From Thalia democratica (taxonomy: Eukaryota), in NCBI GenBank assembly GCA_965202585.1, contig OZ241830.1:40300001-40364000 (forward strand): 64,000 nt of DNA, written 5' to 3'. Positions 1-13,522 of the stretch are shown here, in pieces. How positions within the stretch are numbered: position 1 is the stretch's first letter; each line of letters begins with the position of its first letter. The notes under the pieces are model-generated. The model was given only the letters and a program-made list of their open reading frames with translations. It was not told the DNA's origin and searched no databases. The translations under genes were made by a program, and so were the position numbers.

Positions 1-432
1 AAGTAATTGTTATTTATCTGTTAAAACTGTTATACTTCTTAGATCTTTGTTTTATAAAGATCCGAACGAAATAAATTTGTTTTAAATTATAAGCAACAGA
101 TTAGAAATATTGCTTTATTATATATATAAAAGTAATTTTGTATTATGAAGCTTCTTTAACAACTCTATAAAACTAAGTTATTAGTTTAACAATGAGAAAC
201 GTAAGTTAGTTTTAATGGAGCAAGTACTTAGTAAATTATTATTAATTTTTATATAGTTTTACATATTTACACAAGCTATGGTTATCTTAAAGTTTTTGAA
301 TCAAACAGACCTAATCTTATCTAAATTTTGAATATATAATTTTGATAGTTACAGCTTTGAAACGTTTTGTGGTTGTTCCGAAAAATATGTTCAAAAATTG
401 AATTTGTTTTTGTACAAATAATTTAAACTGAC

Positions 433-976
433 TTTGAGTTGTTAGAATTCATCTGATTTGAGTGATTGTTTAAATCAGATCTGGTACTAGACCCACCGTA
501 GTTGCTTTGGTGACCCTGATAACTATATACAATATTAGTAATGCAATTGTTTTTTTATAGACTCATTTCGAATAAAACTTTTTTTATTTAACATTACTTA
601 GCTTACTCTACTAAAAATATGATTTTGTTAAATATAATTTTTAAAATGCTTAATTTAGTCTTTAAACATTAAAATTATTTATTTTTAATTAAACTCTACT
701 TACTTTGAATTGTTCGGATTACATTGATTAGCATGATTATTGGCGTTAGACTGGCTTTGCCTATAAGATAATCTCAATAATAATAAAAAGAGCAAAAAAG
801 GTTTAAAAACTTGAATATAATATAACTAAGTAAATTTAAATTTTAAAGCAATGTACTAACCAAGGTTTAGAATTTCATTAACAAATTTACGAGTACTCAC
901 AACCCTCTTACTAAATAACTTTAGCTTGACTTAAACAATTTTGATAATAAATTCATTTAACAACTTACTTGTCCAT
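433..976 (-). CDS. Asn/Gln-rich two-repeat small protein, copy B1 (partial; exon 4 lies left of the window)
   Basis: Exons 976-969 (ATGGACAA|gtaagt), 760-704 and 522-433, all with GT-AG junctions. Reads MDKQSQSNANNHANQCNPNNSNYQGHQSNYGGSSTRSDLNNHSNQMNSNNS... Confidence 0.85.
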
Positions 977-1042
977 ATTTGTAACTTGTTTTTAAGTGAA
1001 CTGCTTCTAAGAAGTGATAAAACATAACTCATTTCAGCTTAA

Positions 1043-1113
1043 TTTATAGGAGAGTTGTTAACCTAGGTTAATCCCCAATGTGAAAAATAGCTTTCACTTG
1101 TCGGTGAATTCCC
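1043..1113 (-). promoter_or_regulatory. Proximal promoter of B1: TATAAA plus two kB-like sites (GGGGATTAACC, GGGAATTCACC); homologous in the other B and A copies
   Basis: TATAAA at 1048-1043; motifs at 1076-1066 and 1113-1103. The mirror arrangement lies upstream of A1 (GGGAATTTACC 2875-2885, GGGGATTAAT 2911-2920). Confidence 0.55.
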
Positions 1114-1832
1114 TAATCGTCAACTGTACTTTGTAAATAAACATATTATGTAATCGTATATGTCATTGAAAATTTTTTGTTTACTTAAATACACTTTTAA
1201 GTACTTCTTTGTTTACCTTTTTGGAATAAATACAACAACCACTATTTATCACTTTATACACAAACTAGCAAAATCTTTTTCATGTAGTTAAGTGTATAGC
1301 TTTATTGCACAAATCAAAATGTTGAACAATTCTTATTTAATACTAGGTTACGGAAAAAAACATTAAGTTATAACTTTAACAGCAATCTATATTTAATGAA
1401 TTTACTGTAGCATATTATAATATAATGTAATACAAAATGTATATGTTTTATTTATATACAGTTGCGTGAGACTTGTACGCGATTTCCAATTTCGTTTGCC
1501 AATGTAGTTATGCAATCACAAAAAAGTATATAAACACTTAATAAACTCTATACTCTGGTATTTAAAGGTTAAAAGCACACGTTTAGTGTACCAAAATTGT
1601 TTTTATTTTGAGTTACGTCGCACAATGTCCATACTGTTATTTTCTATGAACTTTCAAAACCTTTTAAATACTCATTCATCGCATAATATTTATTAAAACT
1701 GGTATCGTTGTAAAACACTAAAATGTAAATTGATATCATCATAAAATAGTTTTGAATATTCATAAATCATCATAAAAAAAAACAGTTGACGTTTAAGAAA
1801 ACCACCAGTAAATTGAAATAATTTATTAAAAA

Positions 1833-1842
1833 GGGATTTTCC
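1833..1842 (+). promoter_or_regulatory. Consensus NF-kB site GGGATTTTCC, unit 1 spacer
   Basis: Exact match to GGGRNWYYCC; retained in all five spacers. Confidence 0.6.
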
Positions 1843-3004
1843 CAAATGCTTTACTGAATTTTAAAACTATTTGTTTTTATACCTGATTTTATTACTTCAC
1901 AAAAGCGAACACAATTAAATATAAACCATTTTTAATTGATACAAATAGCAATTTTTAATTATATGTTATAATAATATACATGAATCCATAAATAAATAAA
2001 GTTATAGTACTTTGTTTTTAAGCAGCAAATTTTTTGTTTTATATATTTTTCATGAACAAAATACGTTTTAAACTAGAGTTTTAAAGATTACAGTTTAGTT
2101 TATGCGATACATTATTACACAATTTTGAATATTTTTAAACAGGGTTATACCCAAAAACAAAAGCACATTTTAGTGTGTTTAGAATATTTACAATACTGTT
2201 CTGTAACTTTAAACAAATATTTACAATTTTCTCTTAAACCTTTAACAAATATTTAAAGTTAGTGTCAATCATTTTTTATTAAATTCAAAAGTTTTAAAGT
2301 TTTCACTTATCTCTATTAATTTGTCTTAAGAATTTTAGTATTCCGCGATGCATAAATTATAATATATATCTATTCAAAAACTTAAATTAAATTACAAATA
2401 TTTACTAAATAAAAAATATGTTTAAAACTATTTTGGAGCTACTTCAAACTTTCTATACCTGTTTTTCTATCATTTGTATGACTGAAAAAAACTACTTTGT
2501 TGATCAGCAAATATAAAGTTTTAAAACATTTGTATCTAAACTTCAGTAGAAAATTGTTCACATAGTTAACTAAAGTAGCTATTTTCTTAATTATAAAAGG
2601 ATTAATTTTACATGAAGTGTTCAAGTAGTGATGAAGAAGCCTGTTAAGTATTTAATAATCGCTAACTGTAAAAATCATATCTAATGTTGTTTTTGTCATC
2701 AAGTGAAAGTACCCTACTAAGGTATGAGATATAACGTTATAAAATATTGTTATCTAGAGTACCAAATAAGCAACTTCCGTCGGCAAGTCAAAACTATCAT
2801 TTTATTTAAAAACATAAAGTTAAAAAACTTATCATTGTTTAACCTGTTTAAATAGGAAGTACAGTTAACGTTTAGGGAATTTACCAGCAAACATAAATTT
2901 TTCTCACATTGGGGATTAATTAGCATCTTTCGTATATATCAAATTGAGTTGAGGTATTTTTTGTCACTTCATTGAATTTATTCACTTCATAACAAGTTAC
3001 AAAT

Positions 3005-3875
3005 ATGGACAAGTTAGCTGTTTATTGGTTTTGTAGTTGATATAATTAAACTTGCATAAAGCTAATAGTATTGGACAAAAAAGTTAAAATAACTGTGTAG
3101 TCATCAGAGTATTAAGGCTATTTAAGTTTTATAAGTTAATAGTTTAGCTTCATTATATTACACTGAAGTTTTTTTTTAATGTTTTACAAATACTGTTAAT
3201 ATATTTAAATAATAGTTTTTTTACGGGCAAAGCCAGCCTAACGCCAATAACCGTGCTAATCAGTGTAACCCGAACAATTCAAAGTAAGTATAATTTATTT
3301 TAGTACTAAAAAATTTCATGTTCTATAATCTAGTCTAACTTAACTCTACTTACAAAAATAATTTTTAAAAGACATTTTTACTGTGTAAAAAATGGAAAAA
3401 TGTACTTTTGAGCTAGGAATTACAGACATATTAAAACTAGCTAATTTTCTAATTATATACTTTACTCGTAACAAACCTTTTATTATTTATAAGTTATGTT
3501 TTTTCAAAATACAAAACTACTTTATTTATACTTTTCACAGTTATCAGGGTTACCAAAGCAACTACGGTGGGTCTGGTACCAGGTCTGATTTGAACAATCA
3601 CTCAAATCAGATGAATTCTAACAACACTAAGTTAGTTTACATTATTTGTTAGTAAACAACTTCAAATCTGCAAATTCTTTAATAAACATACATACTTTTT
3701 TTTTACTCTAAACAAAACAATCTCGAAATAAAAGATTTTCATTGTAACAAATTTTTATTGAGCTGTAGTGAAATGTATAATACAGTTTCTTAATTTGTAT
3801 TTAAACTTTATTATGATCTATTTTTTATAAAGTATTTTAATAAAGTATTTTTACAGCTACCAAAGAAAGAAGTAG
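3005..3875 (+). pseudogene. Asn/Gln-rich protein copy A1 with a mutated intron-1 acceptor (possible pseudogene)
   Basis: Exons 3005-3012, 3227-3283, 3541-3630, 3857-3875. The acceptor reads tacgg| where other copies have tatag|. It also carries S>P, H>R and G>R changes. An in-frame AG 6 nt downstream could rescue splicing. Confidence 0.65.
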
Positions 3876-4973
3876 GGATAAAAAGAAGCGAAATTTATTG
3901 TTTTTTACTTATTTTCTTCAACAAAAAAAAATATCTAGATCGTTTTACTTTTATCTATAAAAGTAAAGACTTTTAGATTTACGCATAAAAGTATATGATA
4001 AAAAACAATGTAAATTTTTAGACAATATGTACAAAAGACATTTATTTATAAATTGTCTAACTACAAAAGTCTCTACTAAAGTACTGCTCAAGTTAGGGTG
4101 TACAGTACAATGTTTATAAACATTACGACTGCATGACAGTATAACATTATGAAAATGAGTTTTTCAAATGTACCAAGTAAAAACCTTAAAGCTAAATTTT
4201 ACTTATATTTTGAATAGAAATACTTTTAAGTCAAACAAGGTTATAACAGAACTTCCATAATTTTAATTGCTTGATTATAAAAAATTCACTAACTGCTATG
4301 GACAAAAAACTAATATAGAAATGAATTGCGATATGCCTGAAACCAACCTACAACTAAAAAACATTAATTTTAATTGTTTGTAAAAGACTTAGTAATAGTT
4401 ATTTAACGGTTGTTTGATTAAAATTTTGCAATATACAGTTTGTAATTTTTTTTTTGACTTAGATTTTGAAAACTACGCAAGCCGCTAAAAAAATTAATTT
4501 TTAACAGATCTGGTCTGCAAAACACCTTTTTGTGTAAACTAGGGACGTTTATTATATAAATATTTAAAGTGTTGAAATCGGATATAAGCGTAGGTCCATA
4601 AATTTAAGTCTATAAAAAACCTTCAGAAATATTCTTTTATATTCTTATTTGAAAGTTGCTAAAATTAGTACAACAACTGTTACCATGATAATAATACAAA
4701 AAAGCATAAGTTTCAACTCAATCTTTTATATGTAGAATTTAAGCTATTGGAAAAAAAGTTGTTTATATTTATCATTGGACAAAAAAAACATATTTTAATA
4801 AAAACTTTATTTATAACAAAAGCTTATAACAAGTTGTTTTTGTTATTTATTGGTGATTATTGCATTACAAAACATTTGAATATTTATTTATAAAAGTTAT
4901 AAATAGTATTTTTTTTAATACATGCTTGTTGTAAATAAATATAATGCACATGTGAATATCAACAGAGCTTGTA

Positions 4974-5132
4974 TTATTTTCCACTCGAACACATTCTACC
5001 TTCGCACGAAGATCCTACTCGGCTTCTTGATTCTTCTTCAGTGAGACAATCTCCCCTGAACAGGCAGCCTTCAACTGTACTCATGATCATCAACATGACG
5101 AACATCAGTAATGATGCTAATTTACCCAACAT
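4974..5132 (-). CDS. Secreted 4-Cys RGD peptide precursor P1 (52 aa)
   Basis: MLGKLASLLMFVMLMIMSTVEG|CLFRGDCLTEEESRSRVGSSCEGRMCSSGK*. Hydrophobic signal peptide ending VEG; frame intact in four copies with synonymous differences. Confidence 0.9.
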   Translation of the reverse strand: MLGKLASLLMFVMLMIMSTVEGCLFRGDCLTEEESRSRVGSSCEGRMCSSGK

Positions 5133-6542
5133 ATTATATTTAGTTTACTCAAGCTGAAGTATTTACTTTGTTTTGGTTCTTTAGCAATATATGAAATAAA
5201 TTGTTTTAAATAGCTGGTTAATTACAGTATATAACCTATGTTTTGTAAAAATCTGTTATTTTTTCAATAACTTTATTTTTTTAATATTTTTTATAGTTTA
5301 GATTGTTTGCTTTAGCTTTAGCTCTATGTCTACTAGAATCAATTAGCAAAAAGAAATTATTAAAATACCGTTTACAATTTAGTGCAGTGTTTTAAGTCTT
5401 AATTAATAGCTTTTTTTATTTAAGTTCTAATAAAATCTTATTAAAATCCATTATTTATATCAATTTAAATTTTTACTACTAACATTATCAGTATCTAGCG
5501 TTAGGGTCAACAAACTGCAGCCCTAAAAGCAAAAATTTACGGCTGGCTAAGAAACTTTTGACATTAAAAAACTTTACAGTAAACTTCTTAACTAACAATG
5601 ACTAAACTTTATTTGTGCTCTGTTGTGGATTATTTTTGTACAATTAGGTTTAAGAATGATTTTTATATTTTTGCTAGACTTTAAAATAACTGCGTGCTAT
5701 AGAAAACGTTTTCTATCTTATTCACTTATAGAAACTTATAGGTAAATTTGCCGGCTGCTTCTAAATGGCTACTGACCCTCGATCTATTTAGATGCTATTA
5801 CATTTGAAAAAAAAAATTAATACTTTTGAATTATTAAGTATTTGTTTTTACCATTTAGCATAGTAAATGATAACCTAATGAGTTTCCTCAACATTTTTTT
5901 TTTTTATTAGTAAAATAAATTTGTAAATCCTGTACAAACAAACTGTTTTAATGAAAAGTTAGTTAAAAACTTGAGAAAACAGTTAAGTTTGCTGATGAAT
6001 ACGTCTTAGATACCTTTATAATATTTTATGATTGTTATTAATTTACCGGTAAACTAAATTTAGTAGTTATAGAATTTCATTTTCTATGAATATAATTCAA
6101 TTAATTTAATAAAAGCTTCAAAGTTCTGCATTGCTCATGAAATAAATGTATAAAGTATATCCATTTCAAATTCGTTCAAAAATTTAAACAAATAGAATTA
6201 TTTTGTTGGATAAATATAAACTTTTATATAATTTACATTTCTGGCATTTTTTAGTATATTTTTAAGGTTCATATATAAAGTTTTGCACAGATTTACATAG
6301 AACATACTTCATAATTTTCTAAAGACAAATCATGTCTTTTAAAAGCATTAAAAAAAATCATCAGTATATAATTAGAGATAATTTAAGTATTTATATACAA
6401 CTAAAAATTTTTTAATATATAAAACAAAATAGATTTAAAAGAAAAACCTGTTTCTATAATTTACTTCTTTTAAAATTTGTCTAATATAAGCAAATAGTTC
6501 TATCAAACTCATTTTACAGATTAAACTAGCTTCGTACTTTCG

Positions 6543-6574
6543 TTTATATAGCAAATATACACTGATTACGTAAC
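6543..6574 (-). promoter_or_regulatory. Candidate P1 core promoter: TATATAAA plus palindromic PAR-bZIP/C/EBP-type site (ATTACGTAAC)
   Basis: TATATAAA at 6550-6543; site at 6565-6574. The same pair occurs at 15123-15154, 23694-23725 and 32311-32342. A conserved donor (gaa|gtaaat, 6464) and an acceptor ~22 nt before the ATG (5155-5154) would define a 5'UTR intron. Confidence 0.45.
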
Positions 6575-8250
6575 TTAAGTTGTGTAAGATGCTGTTGTTT
6601 TTTCATTATACATAATTATGTAGTTGTTTAGTTTTTCGATGTATAATTATGTTGATACGATTACGGAAGAAACTTGCATGAACTTTTGTTGGTGCATTGA
6701 TTTTTTTATTTTGTTCACTTTGAATAATAAAAGTTATTTAAAAAATTTTTTTTTTGTTTAGTTCTATTTACAACTATAATCTAAAAATATTCAAAGTTAA
6801 ATGTAAATCTTAGTATGAAAAAATAATTATTTATATATAAATAAGTTCAATTTCAAAATACGTATAAACTAAAATTAGATTTAAAGTAATTAATTAAATC
6901 AAAAAGTAATATCAATAAAATTATTTTACCAGTAAAAATCTCCTTTAACATACTTCTTGTAAAAACATGTCAAATATAATAAATAATAATTTAAATTGAT
7001 TTTTCCATGAAAAGTGATCAAATTAACATTGTTTTTATTTAATTTCATCATTTATTAAAACAAGTTTTATCAACTAAAAAAGTATTAATGAAAAACAATA
7101 CAATAACCTTTTTTCTATTTAAAAATTTAAATGTACTATTTTACTGAGGATTTGAATAAATGCAATTTTTCACTGCTTAACTTAATATATACTTTTTTTA
7201 TTTATGAACTTTTCTGTTTCAAAATTTTTGCAAGCCCTAATAAGTATTTTTTATAAACATCGACATATGATAACTAATAAATACATGTGTTCTATTGTGC
7301 TTGTACTATATAATCTTAAATTTGGTAAGGAGTAATTGTTGTTAACGAGCTATAAGCAGCTGATCACTTTAAACAATTTTTACAACATTGAAGTACATAT
7401 TCACATTATTTTTTTTATTTAAATAGTTTTTTAAATTTGTAGCGTCTTTCTTTTTAATAGATCTTTTTCTTGGGTAGTTTGTTTTAGTGAGATGATGTAT
7501 ACTAGAAAATATCTTTTTTTAAAGCACATAACCAACTTCGAATATATAGTCTTTTATATTTTTTATTTTTTTTACTCTATTATCTCGTATTTGGTTTAAG
7601 AATTCGATTATTTTTTTTTTCTAATTTTAACAGTCAACATGATATTTTCAAACTACTTTTTAAATTTCTAAGGTTTTTATGTCGGTTATTTTTCAAAAAA
7701 TGTTTATATGTTGATTTTCATTGCACTTATAGTAATTTTATTGATCACGGTTTAATCTAGAATAATTTTTTTATTTATCAAAAGATTTTAGTTACAGTTA
7801 GTAAATGTCATTCTAAACTTATTAAAACTCTAAAAACAAATATAAGTCAAAAATTGTTAACCAAAGTATACTTTTAAAAACTTTTCTTTTCAAATTCTTT
7901 CAGTATATTAGAATCTAAAACATTAATTTTTGTTTTGTTAAGCATTTATTTTATATTTACTACCTTATAACCTATTTACTTAAAATATCAATTTCATAAA
8001 TTAATCGATAACTTGTTTCCAACTAACAAAAATAAAAGTATTTAAATACATCAAAATATTTAAAATTATGTAAAACATTATAAATGTCTAATTAATAACA
8101 AACTTTTGGTTAATTATTCTTTTATTATCAATTGGTGAAAAGAATTAAATAGTAACTTTATTTCAAGGTTATAAAAACGCTAAAAGTATCTAGCATGTTA
8201 AAATTCTAACAACTAAAATAAAATTTTCAAAATTTTTCTGCGACGATTTC

Positions 8251-9260
8251 TTACTTCTTACCTTGGTAGCTGTAAAATTTATTAATTATATTTAGATATT
8301 CAAACTATTCACTTCTTAGATGTTTGTTAAAAAAACATCCGAACAAAATAAGTTCGTTTTAACATACTAGTAACAGTTTGAAACATTGCTTTATTATATA
8401 TACAAAGTAATTTAGTATTATAAAGCTTGTTTAACAACTCTATGAACAGTGTTACTAGTTTAACAATGAGAAACGTGCGTTAGCTAAATGAAGCAAGTAA
8501 TTTGTAAACTATTTTTATTATTTATATAGTTTTTTGCTTTTACACAAACCATGGTTAGCTAAAACCTTTTGAATCAAACATAGCTGCTTTTTCTAAACTC
8601 TAAATACACAATTATCATATCTTCAACTTTAAAACTTATTTTGGTTGTTCGAAAAATGTGCTAGAAATTTACAAAAAAAATCAAACAAATAATGTAAACT
8701 AACTTTGAGTTGTTAGAATTCATCTGGTTTGAGTGATTGTTCAAATCAGATCTGGTACCAGACCCACCGTAGTTACTTTGGTGACCCTGATAACTATATA
8801 CAATATTAGTAATGCAATTGTGTTTTAATAGACTCATTTCGAATAAAAACTACTTTTATTTAGAATTAATTAGCTTGCTCTACTAAAATTTGAAAAAATC
8901 TTTGATTCTGTTGAAATTATTTTTTTAAATGCTAAGTTTAATTTTTTAACATTAGAATAGATTGTTTTTTAATTAAACATACTTACTTTGAATTGTTCGG
9001 GTTACATTGATTAGCATGATTATTGGCGTTAGACTGGTTTTGCCTATAAAATAAACTCTATAATAATATAAAAAGCAAAGAAAGGTTTAAAAAACTTGAA
9101 TATGATATAACTAATAAATTATTCTTTTAAAGCAATATACTAACTAAATTTTACCATTTAACTATCATATTCACAAGTACTCATAACCCTCTTACTAAAT
9201 GACTTTAGCTTGACTTAAACAGTTTCGATAATAAGTTTGTTAAACAACTTACTTGTCCAT
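8251..9260 (-). CDS. Asn/Gln-rich two-repeat protein copy B2 (57 aa, intact)
   Basis: Exons 9260-9253, 9043-8987, 8793-8704, 8269-8251: MDKQNQSNANNHANQCNPNNSNYQGHQSNYGGSGTRSDLNNHSNQMNSNNSNYQGKK*. Confidence 0.88.
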
Positions 9261-10402
9261 ATTTGTAACTTGTTGTCGAGTGAACTGCTTCTAAGAAGTG
9301 ATAAAAAATTACTCATTTCAGCTTAATTTATAGGAGAGATGCTAGTTTAGGTGAATCCCCACTGTGAGAAATAGTTTTCACTCGTCGGTGAATTCCCTAA
9401 TCGTCAACTGTACTTTCTATTTAAACAAATTTTGTAGTGATAAATGTCAATGAACATTTTTTGTATACTTTTATATACTTCTTTTGTATTTTATGTTAAC
9501 CTTTTTGGATTAAATACAACAACAACTTTTTGAAAGTTTTTACACAAACCAGCACATTCTTTCTATAATAGTATAAAGTATATAATTGTTGACGTAGTTA
9601 AGTAAATAGCTTTATTACATAACTCAAAATGTTGAACAATTCTTATTTAATACTAGTTTACGGGGAAAAAACAATAAAAAATAATCTTAACAGTTATAAA
9701 ACTATATACAATATAACTTTAGTAGTATTTATTATCAACTGAATTAGATATGAAATCTAAACATAGTCCAAAATGTAGTTTAGTCGTTGATATATATTAT
9801 AGAACTGTCCAAAAATAATATTATAAAGTTCAATTCAAAACCTTAATTAGAGTTTAAAAACTACAGAATAACTTTAAAAACTTTTATTAATTTTTTTTGA
9901 ATGTGTTTCTTTATTTGTATTTACGCAAAAATTTGACGTATTGGTTTTTATTGTAAATTAAGTATATATATTTAAAAGATTAATTGAAGTATATTATAAT
10001 ATAATGTAATACAACGTATATATTTTTTATTTATATACGGTAACGTGAGACTTAAACACGTTTTTCAGTTTCGTTTGCCAATGCAGTTGTGCAATCACAA
10101 AAAAGTATATAAATACTTAATAAAAACTCAATACTCTTTTATTTAAAGATAAAAAGCGCACGTTTAGTGTATTATGATTGTTTTTATTTTGAGTTACGTC
10201 GCACAATGTTCATACTGTAAACTTTTATAAATATTCCAAAACCATTGAATAGTTATTCATCGCATAGTGCTTAATTAAACTGGTATCGTTATAAAACACT
10301 AAAATGCAAATTAATATTATCATAAAATAGTTTTAGATGTTAATAAATAAACAGTTGAAATTTAAGAAAACCACCAGCAAATTGAAAAAATTTTATTATA
10401 AA

Positions 10403-10412
10403 GGGATTTTCC
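10403..10412 (+). promoter_or_regulatory. Consensus NF-kB site GGGATTTTCC, unit 2 spacer
   Basis: Exact consensus match at the homologous position. Confidence 0.6.
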
Positions 10413-11565
10413 TAAATATTTTACTGAGCTTTAAATCTATTTATTTAAAGACGTGATTTTCTTAAATCACAAAATCGAACAAGATTTATTTATACTTTAA
10501 TATACTTTAATTTATCATAAATAAAAACTTTTAATATCATTTTATAATTTTATACATGAACACATATTTAAATATATTAATAGTACATTGTTTTAAGCAT
10601 TATATTTGATTACCTTTGTTTATATATTCTTATGAACAAAATACGTTTTGAACTCAAGTTTTAAAGATTACAGTTTAGTTATTGTGAAACATTATTAAAC
10701 TATTTTGATTACTTTTAAATAGGGTTATACCAAAAAACAAAAGCACTTTTTAGTGTTTTTAAAATATTTACAATACTCTTTTGTAACTTTAAACAAATAT
10801 TTACTTTTTTTTAAAAACCTTTAACAAATATGTAGAGTGAGTGTCAATCATTTTGTATTAATTTCAAAACTTTTAAATTTTATTGTTCCACAATGCTTAA
10901 ACGATAATATGATCTCGTCAAAAATTTATATTAAAAACATTTAGATCAAAATTAACTTTTTTAATAATAAATATGCTTAAAAAAAACTTTTCAAACTTTC
11001 TATATCTTTCTTTTTACCATTTGTTTGACTGAAAAAAACTATTTTGTAAATCAAAAAGTATCAAGTTTTAAAACATTTGTATCTAAACTTCAATACAAAG
11101 TTGTTTACAAAATCAATTGAAGTAGCTATATTACTAGTATCAAAATATTAATTTTACATGTAGTGTTCAAGTAATTATGAAGAAGCTAGTTAAGTACTTA
11201 ATAATCGCTAACTTTCATAAGATATTTAATGTGGTTATTGTCATTAAGTATAAGTATACTACTAAAGTATTAGATATAACGTTATAAATTATTATTATCT
11301 AGAGTAGCAAATCAGCAAATTTCGTTGGAAAGTCAAAACTATAATTTTATTCATTTAACATAAAGTTAACAAACTTATCATTGTTATGACCACTAAACCC
11401 GTTCAAATAGGAAGTACAGTTAACGTTTAGGGAATTCACCAGCAAACATAAAATTTTCTCACATTGGGTATTAACCTAAATTAATATCTCTCGTATATAT
11501 TAAGCTGAGTAGAGCTATTTTTTGTCACTTTATAGAAGCAGTTCACTCGACAACAAGTTACTAAT

Positions 11566-12437
11566 ATGGACAAGTTAGCTGTTTATTGATTTTGTAGTTG
11601 ATATAGTTAAACTTGCATAAAGCTAATAGTATTGGACGAAAAAGTTAAGATAACTCTGTAATCATCATAGAATTAAAGTTTTATAAGTTGATAGATTACC
11701 TTTATTATACTATACTGCAGTTTTAATCATGTTTTACAAATAGATTTAAATAATATTTTTTTTATAGGCAAAGCCAATCTAACGCCAATAACCATGCTAA
11801 TCAATGTAACCCGAACAATTCAAAGTAAGTATAGTTTTTTTAGTACTAAAAAATTTCATGTTCCATAATCTAGTCTAACTTTACTCTACTAACAAAAACA
11901 ATTTCATAAAGAAATGTTTACTGTGTAAAAAAATGGAACAATGTGCTTTTGTGCTAAGAATTACAGACCTTGTAAAACTAGATAACTTTTTAAATATTTA
12001 ATTTACACGACACAAACCTTATATTGTTTATAAGTATATTTTAAATACAAAACTACACTATTTATACTTTTCACAGTTATCAGGGTTACCAAGGCAACTA
12101 CGGTGGGTCTGGTACCAGGTCTGATTTGAACACCACTCAAATCAGATGAATTCTAACAACACTAAGTTAGTTTACATTATTTGTTTATAAATAACTTTAA
12201 ATCTGTAAATTCTTAAATAATTAATATCTTAATTCTTAATTATTTAAATTAAAATATAGTTTTTTTTAATCTTAACAAAACATTATCGAAATATAAGATT
12301 TTTATTGCAACAAATTTTAATTATGCTTCAGTTAAATGTATTAAACAGTTTCTCAAATATTTCAAAAAGCTTTTATGATCTTTTTTATATAAAGTATTTT
12401 AATAACGTGTTTTTACAGCTACCAAGGAAAGAAGTAG
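11566..12437 (+). pseudogene. Asn/Gln-rich protein copy A2, frameshifted
   Basis: Exons 11566-11573, 11768-11824, 12077-12165 (89 nt rather than 90), 12419-12437. gaaca-ccactc versus gaacaaccactc in A3 gives ...DLNTTQIR*. Confidence 0.75.
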
Positions 12438-13522
12438 GAATAAAAAGAAACAAAATTATTGTCTTATTTTCTTCAATAAATAATAAAAATATCAAAATCG
12501 CTTATCTTTTATCTATAAAAGTAAAAACTTTTAGATTTTATTAGATAAAAGTATATGATTAAATACAACATAAGTTTATAGACAATATGTACAAAAAACA
12601 TTTATTTATAAATTGTCTAACTACAATAGTCTCAACTAAAGTACTGCTCAAGTTAGGGTGTACAGTAAAATGTTCATAAACATTACGACTGCTTAACAGT
12701 ATAACATTATGAAAACGAGTTTTTCAAATGTACCTAGTAAAAACCTTTGAGCTAAATTTTACTTATATTTTGAATAGAAATACTTTTCATGTCAAATAAG
12801 GTTATAACAGCACCTTCATAATTCTAATTAATTGACATTAAAAAAATCCACTTACTGATATGCACAAAAGACTAAAAAAGAAATAAACTGTGATATGCCT
12901 GACACTAACCTAAAACTAAAAAACATTAAATTTCATTGTTTGTCAAATGCTTAGTAATGGTTACTTAACGATTGTTTGATTAAAATTTTGCAATATACAG
13001 TTTGTAATTTTTTTTCTAGTTTTTAAAAACTACGCAACCCGCTAAAAAAAAATTCTAACAGATCTGGCCTGCAAAACACCTTTTTGTGTAAACTAGTGAC
13101 GTTTATTATATAAATATTTGAAATGTTGAAATCGTATATAAGCGTAGGTCTATAAATTTAAGTCTATGAAAAGTCTTCAAAAATATTCATTTATATTCTT
13201 ATTTGAAAGTAGTTAAAATTAGTACAACAACTGTTACCATGATAATAAAACAAAAAAAATTATCAACTCAATCTTTAATATGTAGAATTTAAGCTATTGG
13301 AAAAAAAAATTGTTTATATTTATCATTGGACAAAAAAAATGTTTTAATAAAAACTTGATATATAACAAAAACTTATAACAAGTTGTTTTGTTATTTAATG
13401 GTGATTATTGCATTACAAAACGTTTGAATATTTATTTATTAAACTTATAGAAAGTTTTTTTTTTATTGAATTCTTGTTGTAAATAAATATAATGCACATG
13501 TGAAGATCAGAAGAGCTTGTAT

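Noticed and set aside
3392-3652. ORFs 3392..3652 and 29158..29403, and the 'QLPRKEVGIKR' ORFs (12305, 20901, 29509, 40997)
   Set aside because: Intron read-through around exon 3, or an off-frame reading of exon 4, of the Asn/Gln gene.
4974-5006. CEGRMCSSG resembles the oxytocin/vasopressin C-X4-C-X-X-G topology
   Set aside because: No residue similarity, no neurophysin domain, and it does not directly follow the signal peptide; likely coincidence.
8251-8269. YQGKK* as an amidation signal on the Asn/Gln protein
   Set aside because: The protein has no signal peptide, so it should not meet the secretory processing enzymes.
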